64,000 nucleotides of DNA from Eledone cirrhosa. Taxonomy: Eukaryota. This document shows positions 13,099 to 26,330 of the stretch, in pieces. How positions within the stretch are numbered: position 1 is the first letter of the stretch; every line of letters starts with the position of its first letter. The notes beneath the pieces were generated by a model that had not been told where the DNA came from, ran no database searches, and saw only the letters and a program-made list of their open reading frames with translations. The stretch covers positions 248,000,001 through 248,064,000 of the forward strand of contig OZ024743.1 in NCBI GenBank assembly GCA_964016885.1, written 5' to 3'. A program made the position numbers and the translations under genes.

Positions 13099-15416
13099 CT
13101 TACTTGTTCCTATATATATATATATATATTAAAATAACAGATTAAAGTTTAAGCAAAGAATCGCTGCTTTCACCCTTAACGGGATCTTCTGAAACTAAAA
13201 AAAATCAATCTGTGAACGCAGAAGTAAATATTTCGAAAAATTTACACACTATATACATATATACACACACACACACGGTGTCATAATGTCGTAATGCAGA
13301 CACCCAGACATACAGACAGATATTATAAGGGCGCAACGTTATATCTATGTATCTATCTAAAAAGAAAGACTAAGAATTATAGAGAGAGATCGCTAAATCG
13401 CCTAATGCGGTCCCTAACGCATTGAAAATTTGAAATATTTTTCACAAAACACTCACAGGACCATAAGTATTACATGTGTAAAGTTTGAAAACAATCGGTT
13501 GGGTGGTTCTCGAGTTTTAGGGAGCTGACAGACAGACATACAGACGGACAGACAGACAGGCATTTTCTGTTTTAAATATATAGATATAATATATTGTTCG
13601 ATATTTATTGAACAACCCTAATTGCTATGTATTACATTGTAGCACAGATCAAATAACAGGACATGACAATGCCAGATCTTTATCTGAAAGTTAAACCGCG
13701 ACTATATTAACATAATCTCGATATATAGCAATACAAACACAAGTTCTTTAATAGGTAGTCTCCTTTCAGTGTCGCTTCCATCGGGACTACAACAGTCTCT
13801 GTTCCACTGTTCAAGAAAGCAACGTACCATCTCCATCTCATAAATTATATATGTTTGCTGCGGCAAAGCAAACACATATACACTTTAATTCAAAATATAA
13901 AGTTGAAAGTATAATTGAAAACGTCTGTTTTGTGAGATTCAATTTGAATATCTAGCAATGTAATTCAATATGATTGCTGCTTTTTAACTTTAAGGATCGG
14001 TTTGCATTATTTTACGAAGAAAGTATGCTGTTATAAATAGGAACCTGGAATTGAGGAATTGTTATTAACCTTGTTAAATAAATAATATCACACATAACTT
14101 GTTGATATTTGTCTTATGAACAGGGCTGCAGAAGTCACAAAGTGTAGCTTTTATCAATTAGTGTCGCCTCCGTGAACATTGTCATATGACATATTAATGT
14201 TGTCAATTTTCTGATGTGTCAGAGAGATAGCAGTTAATAAGTTTGTGCTTAAGGTCTCAAACCTATTACTTCATCAAAACCTTAGTTTCGACGAATGTTC
14301 CATCAACGGAACAGTATACTCATGAAATTAACGTGTAAATATTACTGAGCATTCTACAGACACGTGTACCCATAACGTAATTTTCAGGGAGATTCAGTGT
14401 GACACAGTATGACATGGCTGACTCTTTGATTTACAGGTACAGTCCATCCGACAGGCTTCCAAACAATTTCCCTTACAAAGAATGGGTGAACTCGAGGCTA
14501 TGATAAATGGCACATGCTCATGATGCCACGCAGTGTAGAGCCTGTGACTTAATGATTGTGAAGCGAACTTCTTAACCATTCAGCCATGCTGCGTCCACAT
14601 CGAAACCTATATGCTAAATTGAGTAGATATATTAAAACTTGGGTTCAGTAATTAAATAGAGTTATATGGTCATGTGTTGCTCCTTATGTCATCTAAATAT
14701 GTCTCACCGTTCTATATGCTCATCAGCATGCATAATTACTATGACTGTTTAATTAACGTTAAAGAAATATATAGAAAGTTTGAATCCATTAAAAATGTGT
14801 TACTTTCCATTTGAAATGTTTTCTTGACCGAATTCATTAGTGCTCTTAAAATATTTCTTTCCCATCAGATTTCTTGTAAATTCTTTGTGCAGTAAGACGG
14901 AACAAATACCGAGATTTTAAATCCAAACGATTCTACCAAACCGCCATTATCACACACTTTGCACGACAAAATACACACGACTAACATGTAACTTCACTGT
15001 TCGAGCACTGTTTCTTTGTTCGTAACCAGTCTCTTCTTCACACGAAGTACTCAAATAATTAAAATAAAAGATAGTATACTCTCTCTCTCTCAAATACACA
15101 CACACTGTGTGTGTGTTGGACCTCCGTCAGTTCCGACGATGAAAGTTTTAGTTGTTCGAACTGTTGAACAGCCTGCTCGTGGAATTAACGTGTAAGTAGC
15201 TGAACATTCCACAGACATGTGTACCTTTAACGTAGGCCAGCCCTTGAAATTAAAGGTACAACACATTTTTGCCAGCTAGATTTCTTCAAAAGAGCTTTCT
15301 TTGTTCTGTTTTTTTTTTTTTTTTTGAGGGATGGGATGCAGAAACCGTCTCCCACACCCACTTTCTTTTTCTCTACCAGAACATAAACACACGCGCACAT
15401 ACATACATACATACAT

Positions 15417-16020
15417 GGTGGCTGCCAACTCGTTTTCGAGAACGGCCACTACTTTATATCCATGTAGGAGAACTACTGATGCGCTGAACGAGTGTGACTT
15501 TTTAGTCCAGCCAGCGACTTGAAAACTCTGGTACAAACACTACACTTGTGACAATTACTGACACATAGTGCTGGGCCCATGGTACCATGTGATGACAAGT
15601 GCAGAGAGATCTCCAGATATAAAGCAATGCCTGTGCCGTGAAGCTTTTATGGTGAGCAAAGGCACTGCACAAAACTAGTCCCACTCTCTTAACCAAGATG
15701 ATATTTACCAAAAAGAAGAACAAGTCAACATCATTGGATACCATCAGGGTTGTAAGTGTTATATCAGAGTTTTCCTTCTCCTAGAATTCTGCCTTGACAA
15801 AGGCTAAGGGGTCATCTCTCCCGGTGATTTTGGATGGCCATTGACTCTTAAGCGCTCCTTTGCCTTTTGACAAGTTTTGTTTTTAGTCCTGCAGGATGTC
15901 CAAAGTCACCCTCCTCACCAAGAAACCTTGGTGGGGTTGCCAGTTTAGTCGCCAACGACCCGACCATGGGACAGGTTGTACTGGGATACATGTTACCATT
16001 AGTACCAACTGGTGACCTGA
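15417..16020 (-). mobile_element. ~600 bp non-autonomous RTE-type retroposon in (CATA)n
   Basis: Highly similar reverse complement of 53358-53940; contains ctaggagaaggaaaactctga; 3' stem-loop CTCG-aaaa-CGAG plus (GTAT)n tail. Confidence 0.75.
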
Positions 16021-16037
16021 CATAAATACATACATAC

Positions 16038-16157
16038 ATGATGGCTGCCCCCTCGTTATCGAGTATGGCCATTGCACGAGGAGAAAGAAAAAAAAAATAA
16101 TAATAATAATAAATAAATAAATAAATAAAAAGAAAATTAAAAAAAAGAAAAAAAAAG

Positions 16158-16196
<39 letters not shown>

Positions 16197-19100
16197 CATA
16201 CACATATACACACACACACTCACACACACATATACACACACACATACATTAATAACAATAATAATAATAATAACAATAACAACAATAATAATAACGACAA
16301 CAACAATAATGATATACATATACATATATATATACACACACACACACATAAGCATATCTACACACACACACACACACACGCACGATAGCAACTAACAGCG
16401 CTGCGATCGAATGTGGCTTTTTAGCCCAACCAATGATCTAAAATGTCTTGCACAGAGTCGGCAACCAAAACATTCACTGGGAATAGTCGGCTGTGGTTGG
16501 AGTTCGTGTACTTTTGCATGTCGCTTGAGCCCTCCTGCTGATTTACATTCTCTACCACATGTTTGGCAAGCATGATGTGTAGCATCTCCAACAGCAGCCT
16601 GGTAGTCAACCACTGGTCTTACTTTATGACTGCGAAGATGACTTTCGAGTCCAGCTTAGGCAGAGTCTCGCACATACGCTGCATGTCAGCACCATAGGAG
16701 GACCCTCGCCGTCTGGAAGTGCAACACCTCACATCCCGCCGTACTTTCTCGTATTCGATTCGAGATGCCTCAAAGGCAACTTTTCCCTCATATACAGTCT
16801 TTCTCCATTTATTACGATCAGCAGCAATATTCTCCCATGTATCAGCAGAGATGTTAGCGTCTTTCAGAGAGGCTTTCAAGGAATCCTTATACCTCTTTTT
16901 TGGTTTATGTGGCGGTCGTTTTCCTTTAACCAACTCTCCATAAAAGAGTTATTTTGGTATTCTAGAATCCTTCTTCCTGGCAAGGTGACCACTCCAACGG
17001 AGTCGTTGCTTAAGCACAAGAGCTTCTATACTGTCACACATAGAGCTTTCCAAAATCTCGACATCACTGATGTGGTCCCTCCAGTGAACGCCATGGATCT
17101 GTCTGAGACACATCTGATGGAAACGCTCCAATTGCTTAAGGTGGTGTCGATATGTGACCCAGGTCTCGCAGGCATAAAGAAGACAAGAGAGCACACATGC
17201 CCTGTACACCTTTACCTTTGTCCTCCTGCATATGTCTCGCCGACCCCAGAGTCGCCTTTCTAGCTTTCCGAAAGCATCACTTGCTTTCCTAATCCTAAGT
17301 GAGATTTCACTGTCAAGGTTGCTGTATCGATTGACAGTGCTTCCCAGGTAGACAAACTGATCAACCACTCCAAGTCGTTTGCCATACACATAGATGTTTG
17401 GTTCAGTGTACTGCTTACCAGGGGCAGGTTGGTACATGACGACGGTTTTCTTGAGACTGACAGTCAGACCTAGGGCAGTGCAAGCGTCAGAAAATGCATT
17501 CAAAATGTGCTGCATATCTCTCTCTGTGTGCGCAACAAGATCGCAATCATCTGCATACAAGAGGTCTCTTATGACTGATATACTTTTGTCTTCGCAGCAA
17601 AGCGCCTGATGTTAAATATGCTGCCTGAGGTTCGATATCGGATATAAACACCATGCTCGCAATTCCTGAATGCAATACAGAAAACCATTGCAAAGTACAT
17701 GGCAAACAGGGTCGGTGCTGGAATATCCCCCTGTTTCACTCCATTTTTTACTGAGATAGGCTCCGACATGTTACCCCCGACATTAACCCAAGCCTTCATG
17801 TCGTCATGGAAAGACCTAACTAAAGCAAGGAACTTATCAGGGCAACCAAGTTTCTGGAGAACCTTCCATAATGCATCTCTGTTAACAGTATCGAAAGCTT
17901 TTGTCAGATCGACAAAAACCTGATACAGATCCAAGCCTTGTTCCATGCACTTCTCCTGGAGCTGTCTAGCTGAGAAGATCATATCAGTGGTGCCGCGTCC
18001 AGCACGAAAACCAGATTGACTTTCAGGAAGAACACAATCTGCAATGTGTGTCAGCAGACGGTCCAGAAGCACCCTACATAAAACTTTCCCTACGACAGAA
18101 AGCAATGATATACCTCTGTAGTTCCCACAATCGTTCCTGTTACCCTTTCCCTTGTACAAGACCACCATTACTGCATCTCTCCAGTCCTCAGGTACGGATT
18201 CATTAGCCCATATCCTGCCAAACAAAGAGTGAAGATGTTGCAGGAGTCTCTCACCACCATATTGTAGGAGCTCAGCATGTATGCCATCCATACCTGGAGA
18301 TCTTCCACTGTTCAGCTTCGAAATAGCCACTGCAACCTCCACAAGCGTCGGAGGTCCTGCAAGAGCTACTTTCACAGGACTTTCTGGAATGAGATTGAGG
18401 AAATCTTCACTGATTCAAAAGATTATCAAAGTGCTCTCGCCACCTTCGTAGAATTCCTTGTGAGTCCCGAAGAAGTTCTTTGCCATCCTTGCTGCGAAGC
18501 GGTGTCACCAGAGAAGAAGACGGTCCATAAACCTCACGCAAGAGACTGTAAAACAGCTTTGTGTTATTGGAATCAGACGCAGTTTGTATCTCACCAGCCT
18601 TCTCACTCCACCACTGATCCTTCATCTGAGAAAGACTCCGCCTAACACGTGATTTTATATCCCTAAGTTCCTCATGCAACGTATTCCTCTCCTGTGGTTT
18701 TGCCGTCAAGTAGCGTGACAGAGCACGCCTCTTATCAGCCAACAAGTCTTCTATATGTACATCATTCTCATCAAACCAGTCCTGATGTTTCCTCTGCGCC
18801 AATCCCAGAACACGCCTGCCTACATCATAAACCGACTTTTTAAGGGTCGGCCAATCCTCACCAAGATTTGCAGCCTGCATCTCTTCTTCCAATGTCCTCT
18901 TCACATTTTTATCCTTAAGACGAGCAGCATTCAATCTTTTGGGCAGGGCAACACCAGGAGCCTGGATTTTACGTTTAGTGATTAGTTTCACTTTTGCGCG
19001 TACCAGGCGGTGGTCCGTCCAGCACTCAGCTCCACGAAGAACACGAACACACTGCACATCCTGTCTGTCACGCATCCTGACTAGGACGTAGTCCAAAAGA

Positions 19101-19830
19101 TGCCATTCCTTAGATGCAGGATGCATCCATGTGGTCTTGAATTTGTTCTTTTGTTGGAACATGGTGTTGGTAACACACAGATCCAGCTCCTCACACATCT
19201 GCAGCAGGAGCATCCCATTGCTGTTACACTTTCCCACCCCATGCCTTCCGATTATATTCCATGTGTTAAAATCCCTACCCACTCTAGCATTAAAGTCACC
19301 AAGCACGATGACTTTGTCTGCCTGAGGGATATTTCTTAAAACACCTTTCAAGGCATGGCAAAAGGACACCTTTTCCTCATCGACAGAACTCATAGTTGGA
19401 GCATACACACTCACCAGGGTAGCATATCTTCCCTTGTACAGCGGAACTCTCATGGACATAAGACGCTCACTAATCCCTACTGGGAATTCCTCTAATTTGT
19501 TCACAAGCACAGTCTTAACAGCAAATCCTACCCCAGCCTCTCTTCTGGTTCCTTCATCTCTTCCTTTCCAGAAGAATGTATATTCTCCACAAAATTCCGT
19601 AAGATGACCATCTCCAGCTAGTCTCGTCTCAGATAAAGCCACGATGTCAAGATCGTAACGTCGAAGCTCCTTTGCAACAAGAGCGGTCCTTCGTTCAGGA
19701 CGCCCCAAGGAATCCCTGTCAAGCAGCGTCCGTACGTTCCAGCAGCCAAGACTAAATGCCTTGTTTGGCTCTATTACAATGGCACGATGACGAGCGGGCC
19801 CAGGCTGTGATAACCTGGGGCCCCTGCCTT
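16038..19830 (-). mobile_element. Near-full-length RTE (BovB-like) LINE
   Basis: APE, RT and zinc-finger ORF pieces; a putative 3' stem-loop tail at 16040-16070 is separated from the ORF by a compound microsatellite. Confidence 0.9.
16392..19828 (-). pseudogene. RTE ORF: APE endonuclease, RT, C-terminal C2H2 zinc fingers; several frameshifts
   Basis: WNVRTL, ALSETR, GDFNARVG, TDHRL; YRGISLL, DLTKAFD, GVKQGD, YADD; CQTC..GLKRH and CRLC..GLKSH. Confidence 0.92.
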
Positions 19831-19939
19831 ATTGCCAATGATCTTTTTTGTTCCAGAACCTAAATTGCCAATTATCTCTTTTATATTGTTCTGGAACATC
19901 ATTGAATTGGAAAAAAAAAAAAAAAAAAAAGTAATAATA

Positions 19940-19994
<55 letters not shown>

Positions 19995-19996
<2 letters not shown>

Positions 19997-20320
19997 TTTT
20001 CTTTATTAACCACAAGGGTTTACATAAAGTAGACATTAAGGACAGTACAGGACAATACAGGACGGTACAAATGGGCATTTCTGCGTGTAAAAAAAACAGA
20101 GGTTGAAATAAAATAACAAAGAAAAATTCCCCAATAGGGGGGAGACTTCCGAGGGACATTTGTGGAGAAAGCCCATTAAAAGACCACAGTGGCCCTGACC
20201 ACCAGGGCAAGTGCCCTCTCCCAGTTTTCCACCTTTAATTTACAGACACATACTCAGAGAAAGCCCATTCATTCGGGCCATACTTGCTTCTCTCACCCAT
20301 CTTTCAACAAAATGTCCTAT
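19995..20320 (-). mobile_element. Probable Tx1/L1-like LINE 3' end with (TTA)n tail
   Basis: FVERWVREASMARMNGLSLSMCL* followed by UTR, AATAAA and a (TTA)n tract. Confidence 0.4.
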
Positions 20321-20608
20321 TAATAATTATTAATTGTCTCTACTTTAGGCACAAGGCCAGCAATTACCCAGTGCATTACTGGTACTTTATTTTATCGACC
20401 CCGTAAGGATGAAAGGCAAAGTTAACCTCGGCGGGATTTGAACTCAGAATGGCAAGGGCCGTAACTCTATGCGCCAAAGCATGGCATCCGACACTCTACC
20501 AATACTGCCACACTCGGGCAATGCCTGTGCGTGACGAATATTTTTAAAGTGAGGAAAGACTGTGCACATACATACATACATACATACATACATACATACA
20601 TACATACA

Positions 20609-20639
<31 letters not shown>

Positions 20640-21140
20640 CTGAACTTGAAATTAATATTGCGATTCATGCAATGCTAATTTTAGAAAACTCACCCCCAAC
20701 ACTTGAGATACTCGATCTAACTTGAACTTGTACCATCGACATATTCAAAGAAACCTACATTTCCAAACAACCTTGAGAGCAATCCAGAACTAAAGTCTCT
20801 AGGATTACGTTACATACGACGTCAACAACACACATCTAGCAGCTGTATTATGATGATGTAAGTCAAACAGCTAGAGACGACTGCTTATATTTGTTGGTTG
20901 AATGTAGCTGAGAGAAAAGAAGAAATATTTGTTTGTATCCAGTTCCACAGACTATGGTGGCGACCTCCTTGGAAAAATGAAGGGAAAACAGACAAAGAGA
21001 AATTAAATAAAGCAAGAAATAGAAAAGGGACAGAGAGAGAGGGGGGTGAGAAATAGAGAGAAAGAACGTCTTTACGTAATTGATCTTTCTGTGCTGTTCC
21101 AGTTTTCTGGGACGAAAAAAACTCGTTCACTTTTTTTTTT

Positions 21141-21208
<68 letters not shown>

Positions 21209-21326
21209 GCAGAAGGAATAACATTGCGTGATTCATAATAGGGGTGTATATAAAAGCATATACGATATGTTTATATATAATAAACATATATAAGGCTCGT
21301 AATGAGGGTTTTAAGTTGTGTGTGAA

Positions 21327-21372
21327 CGCCAGACACTAGTATTTTAGGATTTTAAATCCATCATCAGTGACG
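21327..21372 (-). ncRNA. Minimal type I HHR, G12 mutated
   Basis: CGTCA-CTGATGA-tGGATT..AATCCt-AAAA-TACTAGTG-TC^TGGCG. Confidence 0.6.
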
Positions 21373-22070
21373 TTTACTTACCCGGTACTGAGATTAAAAT
21401 ATGATATAGTTTATATAGTTTTTGTGTCCAAGAAAAAAAACAGTAAAAGTCCATTTGTATATAGTGTAGACTTAATTTGGATAAGATTATTTAGCAGTAG
21501 CACTAATATGATTGTTTCTACTTTTAACATAAGGCCAGCAATTACTGGTGCTTTATTTTATCGACCCCGTAAGGATGAAAGGCAAAGCTAACCTCGGCGG
21601 GATTTCAACTCGTAACACTAATATAATTGTTTCTACTTTTGGCACAAGGCCAGCAATTATCCCAGTGTATTACTGGTACTTTATTTTATCGACCCCACTG
21701 GTATATATGACGTCATATACAATATAATCTAAAATAGTCCAGTGTACGGATCTTCCTCGTCTCCTTGTACCTCAAAGATATGACTTCTTTCGATTCGCTC
21801 ACCTACAGAATACAATATATGTCTTCTCGAATAAATCTCGAATAATTTCAATAGTAGCCCCATTTACTAAAATATAAATGTATGTGTGAAATATATCCGA
21901 GAAAACTATAAACGCAAGACCTTTCCCAGGTTTCTGGCATATCGACCACTAGAGAAAGTTTCCTGATAAACAAACAGTGTGCCACATTCCCTACAAAATG
22001 GCTAATCTATTCAAAATGAAATACTATTCCCCAACCTATCATCATTCATAAATTTCTTCTGATTAGTTTC

Positions 22071-22108
<38 letters not shown>

Positions 22109-22229
22109 CGAAGGCGTTGTGGTAAGGAACCAGATGGACCATAACGCACCAGAGTACTCAATACAACACAATCGGTACAGTATATGGAAGATATATATTA
22201 GGTTAACTCTTGATATAGCAGGAAGAGAG

Positions 22230-22265
22230 TCTTAACGTTTCGGATGCTAGTCCTTCATCAGAAGA
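22230..22265 (-). ncRNA. Minimal type I HHR with zero-loop palindromic stem III
   Basis: TCTT-CTGATGA-aGGAC tagc ATCC-GAAACGTT^AAGA; same family as 37169-37204. Confidence 0.7.
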
Positions 22266-22479
22266 AAGAATGATAAATAAAATAGATTAAGGGGACGGGC
22301 GAGATGGAATTGGAAAAAATGTCTTTAGATAAAAATAATAGGTTCATTCATGTTGACATCTCTTGCAATATATATATATATATATATATACGAGGGAGAT
22401 GAAAACCTTTGAGAAAAACATGCTCATGCCAGTAAATATTAAGAGGAAGATAAAAAAAAAAAAACAGCCACAAAGAGAA

Positions 22480-22722
22480 TCTGAAATTAATGGAACTTTC
22501 TCCACTTGTACAGTTTGTGACAGAATCTTCCTGTCAGAGTCTGGACTTCAATCTCACATAAGAGCAGACAATAAGGCACTCCCTACTAACTATAGAATAT
22601 ACAAACCAGTTCTCCCTTATCAATGTTACATATGCCACAGGATCTGCAAATCTCGACTTTGTCTAATAAGACATTTCAAGTTCATCAAGGTACACAGGCA
22701 GTTCAAGCTGCACCAAAACTAA
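22480..22722 (+). pseudogene. RTE-type C-terminal C2H2 zinc-finger fragment
   Basis: CTVCDRIFLSESGLQSH and CYICHRICKSRLCLIRH resemble the RTE C-terminus at 16392-16613. Confidence 0.55.
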
Positions 22723-23230
22723 TATGCAATTTATGTGGACGGCGTTTTAAAAGTATGTCTGGTCTAAAAAGTTACATAAGATCTCATGCTTGAATTGAGC
22801 ATCATGTACAACTGAAGTGGTCAAGTTTTGTATTGAGCAGACAACCAATATAAAATGTGTGTGTATGTATATACAGACAGTGGAGGCACGTGGCCTAGTA
22901 GTAAGGGCGTTGGACATATGATCATAATGTTGTGGGTTCAATACCTGGGTTGCGTGTTGTGTTCTTGAGTAAAACACTTCATTTCACGTTGCTCCAGGAT
23001 ACTCAGCTGAAAATGAGTACCAGCAATAGCTGGAGGTTTAACCCTGAGATGGACTGGTGTCTTGCCCAGGGGAGAGGGGGTTTACTCTCAGTCGCTTCAC
23101 GCCATGAAATCGGGATAAGCCCGGCCAAATGAGCCTTCTGGCTTAAGACAGACTTTAGATTTTAGATATGTATATACATATATATATATATACATATGTA
23201 CAAACACACGCACACACATATATATCAAAT

Positions 23231-23324
<94 letters not shown>

Positions 23325-23742
23325 GACGCACACTCATTCACACGGCACAGGGGCGCTGGAGTTTCTCCTCTAAAATTTTTTTAGATAAGCCAACACAGCC
23401 GCGGTGATAGCAGAGTTAAGACGCTTGACTAATCAAGCACCTCACAGATATCACCTGTTACAATGTTAAGGCGAACCACCAACAGTGGGAAAACCTCCCG
23501 TTATTAGCGACCCAGCTGCTCCTTCTAACGTCTCCAATGCCACAGGCTGGAAAAATAGTTTGTCGATAATTCCTGGTATATTCAGAATTTTCTATATGCA
23601 CGCACACACACACGCACATATATATATATATATAAACCTCCTCCACTTCCACCAAGCGTGAACCTAATATAAATGTGTAAAATTGCCTCCTGTGTTTTGT
23701 TTGTTCATTTTTCAACTATATATATATAGGAAAATGTTTAAT

Positions 23743-23858
23743 CCTGACGGCAGAGCTCAAGCCGTTTCGATGGCTATTACCCACTCTACTACCCTAAGTA
23801 TTGAGTACTCTGGTGCGTTATGGTCCATCTGGTTCCTTACCACCACACTTCCTTCGTT
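23743..23858 (+). mobile_element. Micro-remnant of the Neptune-like PLE end with inverted segment
   Basis: 23743-23776 matches 10986-11018 directly; 23774-23858 is the reverse complement of 10890-10971; (TA)n follows. Confidence 0.75.
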
Positions 23859-23932
<74 letters not shown>

Positions 23933-23935
23933 AAT

Positions 23936-23986
23936 GGCTTCTACAGGACTAGAACTGTTCATTCGGAAGAAATCATCAGGAAAGCC
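23936..23986 (-). ncRNA. Degenerate type I HHR
   Basis: GGCTTTC-CTGATGA-tttcttccgaat-GAA-CAGttCTAGtcCTG-TA^GAAGCC; related stem III palindrome at 6168-6210. Confidence 0.5.
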
Positions 23987-24556
23987 ATTTCTATATTAAA
24001 TATTTATACTCTGCTGTGTATTGAGTTCCTTACTTACTGTGGTTACCCCCGATTGAACCCGGGATAAACATATATATATATATATATATATATATGACGT
24101 CACCAGCCATGTCTCTCCATGTGCGTTTATTTTTCATAATTACGTACGAGGTGAACTTAGCCTGTCTTTAAATTCCCTTTTTGGCATATTCTACAGTGGA
24201 TTTAGGGTTATCCTGTTAAGCTCTGCTGATGAACGACTCCAACCGTGACCATCCCCACTGAAAGTTTCGCGAAATAGTCTTTTTAAGACTATACAGAGCA
24301 TTTGTAGTTTTTCCAAATTGAAGGATGAGTATTTAAACTTTATTTTATTCTGAGTTAAGGCTCTATTCATTTTTCCCTGGATTTCATAAAATTCTATGGA
24401 TTAATCTATGTCTTGATTTTCTTTGAATTGAGTTTGAATTATTTTCCCACATCTTACGTTAACTATTTTTCCATTTTGACGTTATAGTCACTTATATATT
24501 ATGAAATACTGTTGGCTTCACGCTCACAACAATTTCTATACTTTAATTTATATATA

Positions 24557-25056
24557 TGTAAGTATGTATACGTACATACATATATGTATACAGACGTACA
24601 GTAGTATGTATACATATATGCACGTATCGGTTTACCGAACACCTATTATAATGCTCGGTTTGTTTGTTTGTAAACAAACAAACAGCCCGAATTACGCCGC
24701 ACAGTGTTTAGGCAACCATGTCACCTTTTTGTTCAACACTGACACAGGAACGATGTACTAGTTTCAAGCTTATTAGCTATCGTCAGCATCGTATACCTTC
24801 CTGCCAGATGGTTGAACGTCTGAAAGTATATACTTTCCTTATGCATATTAACGGCTGAGCAGCCTAATTTTCAGTGTTGAACAAAAAGGTGACGTGGTTG
24901 CCTAAACACTGTGCGGCGTAATTCGGGCTGTTTGTTTGTTTACAAACAAACAAACCGAGCATTATAATAGGTGTTCGGTAAACCGATACGTGCATATATG
25001 TATAAATACTACTGTACGTCTGTATACATATATGTATGTACGTATACATACTTACA
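24557..25056 (-). mobile_element. ORF-less fold-back element (~185 bp arms) carrying an HHR
   Basis: Arms 24557-24742 and 24871-25056 are near-perfect inverted repeats. Confidence 0.8.
24750..24792 (-). ncRNA. Intact minimal type I HHR
   Basis: ACGATG-CTGACGA-tAGCT aata AGCTt-GAA-ACTAGT-A^CATCGT; GUA cleavage triplet. Confidence 0.85.
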
Positions 25057-25128
25057 TTTAAGTAACTGCCGTACTAAGAGTGAGAAATGAAATTTCGTTT
25101 CATTCTATTCCAATTTAGATATATATAT

Positions 25129-25203
<75 letters not shown>

Positions 25204-26156
25204 GAGAGAGAGAGAGAGAGACTCACAAGTTTCGCCAAATAGCAATACAAACAAATGATAAAGAAAGCAGAAAAAGAAAATTAAAATAAATTAAATTGTG
25301 CTGGAGTTTAAGTGAGATAAGTTTTATTTCGCAACCAGAACAGCAACGTCAGTTACGTTAGTTGCATTCTTCAGCTATGTTAGATTTCCAGAAATATCAT
25401 TTCGTAACACATGTAATATGACCTTTGTGCATAAATAAAGGAATTTTTAATAGTTCCAATAGGCAGCTGTTCCAGTTAAGGGTGAAAGTGGGGGTAATAA
25501 CCTATTTGTGTATTTAACTGCAAAGACTGGAGATCTAGGGTAACATTTACAGATAAACAGCCATCAAAGCTACACACATCTAAACTTATAAACAGATATA
25601 CTAAGAGCGCGTATGTGAAAGTGTAGATGCACGCATATATTTATGTTCATAAATATGTATAACCGTATATGTAAACACACACGTGTATATTTGCAGAGGC
25701 ATACGTACAAGTACAAGTGTATGTGAGTATAAAGCATATATACAATTATGTATGTGTGTCGGTCTGTAGGTATGGACCCTTGCTCTTGATGGTGTCATAG
25801 GGAACCGTCCTGTGTAATTTAAAGCTGGTGGAACCAGAGAAAGAGAGAGAGAGAGAAAATGAAATAGAGGAAGTGACAAAGCAGAAAAAGAATCGACTCC
25901 AATACTGGACTTGCACCTTTTTTTTTTGTCGACCTCAGAAGGATGAAAGGCAAAGTTGACCTCGGCAGGATTTGAACTCAGACAGCCGGAACGAATACCG
26001 CAAATAATTTTATTCGACATTATAATACCTCTGCCAATTCGCCGCATATACAAATATATGCATTGCTAATTGATTGTTTGTGTTTCACAATAATCGTGAT
26101 TAATTTGTTGGATAATTCAGTATAACTGAATGGTTGAGAGCGTCACTTCGCAATTA

Positions 26157-26330
26157 CAGATCTGCCAACCTCTAAAAACCAAAACGGGGAGTGCCATGAA
26201 AAAAATGAGGTAAAATGGGAAGATTTTACATAATGAAAGCTATACACAATTTCACAAGAGAAGACATCTCTCACCCACCCCAAAGTGGGTGAGAGATCTC
26301 CCCGTCGGACGAGGAGAGTTGACAGGTCTA
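26157..26330. mobile_element. MITE with 6-bp TSD inserted in a SINE
   Basis: TIRs CAGATCTGCCAAC / GTTGACAGGTCTA; TSD CAATTA at 26151-26156 and 26331-26336; related copy at 48695-48845. Confidence 0.75.

Larger units (their letters stand above)
10890..13113 (-). mobile_element. Penelope-like retroelement 2 (Neptune-like), 5' truncated, inverted pseudo-LTR
   Basis: Inverted repeats 10968-11312 and 12763-13113; GIY-YIG ORF on -; (TA)n on both sides. Confidence 0.88.
7788..13584 (-). mobile_element. Non-autonomous Helitron split by two nested PLEs
   Basis: 3' half 7788-8116 and 5' half 13114-13584 are collinear with 3023-3648; flanks a7787 and t13585 restore an AT target. Confidence 0.85.

Noticed and set aside
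22363-22722. Host C2H2 zinc-finger gene
   Set aside because: No TGEKP linkers, degenerate fingers, resembles the RTE C-terminus
25311-25380. HHR candidate (-): CTGAAGA..GCAACTA/TGGTTGC-GAAA..ATC
   Set aside because: Core and stems II/III are plausible but stem I does not pair; not listed as a feature
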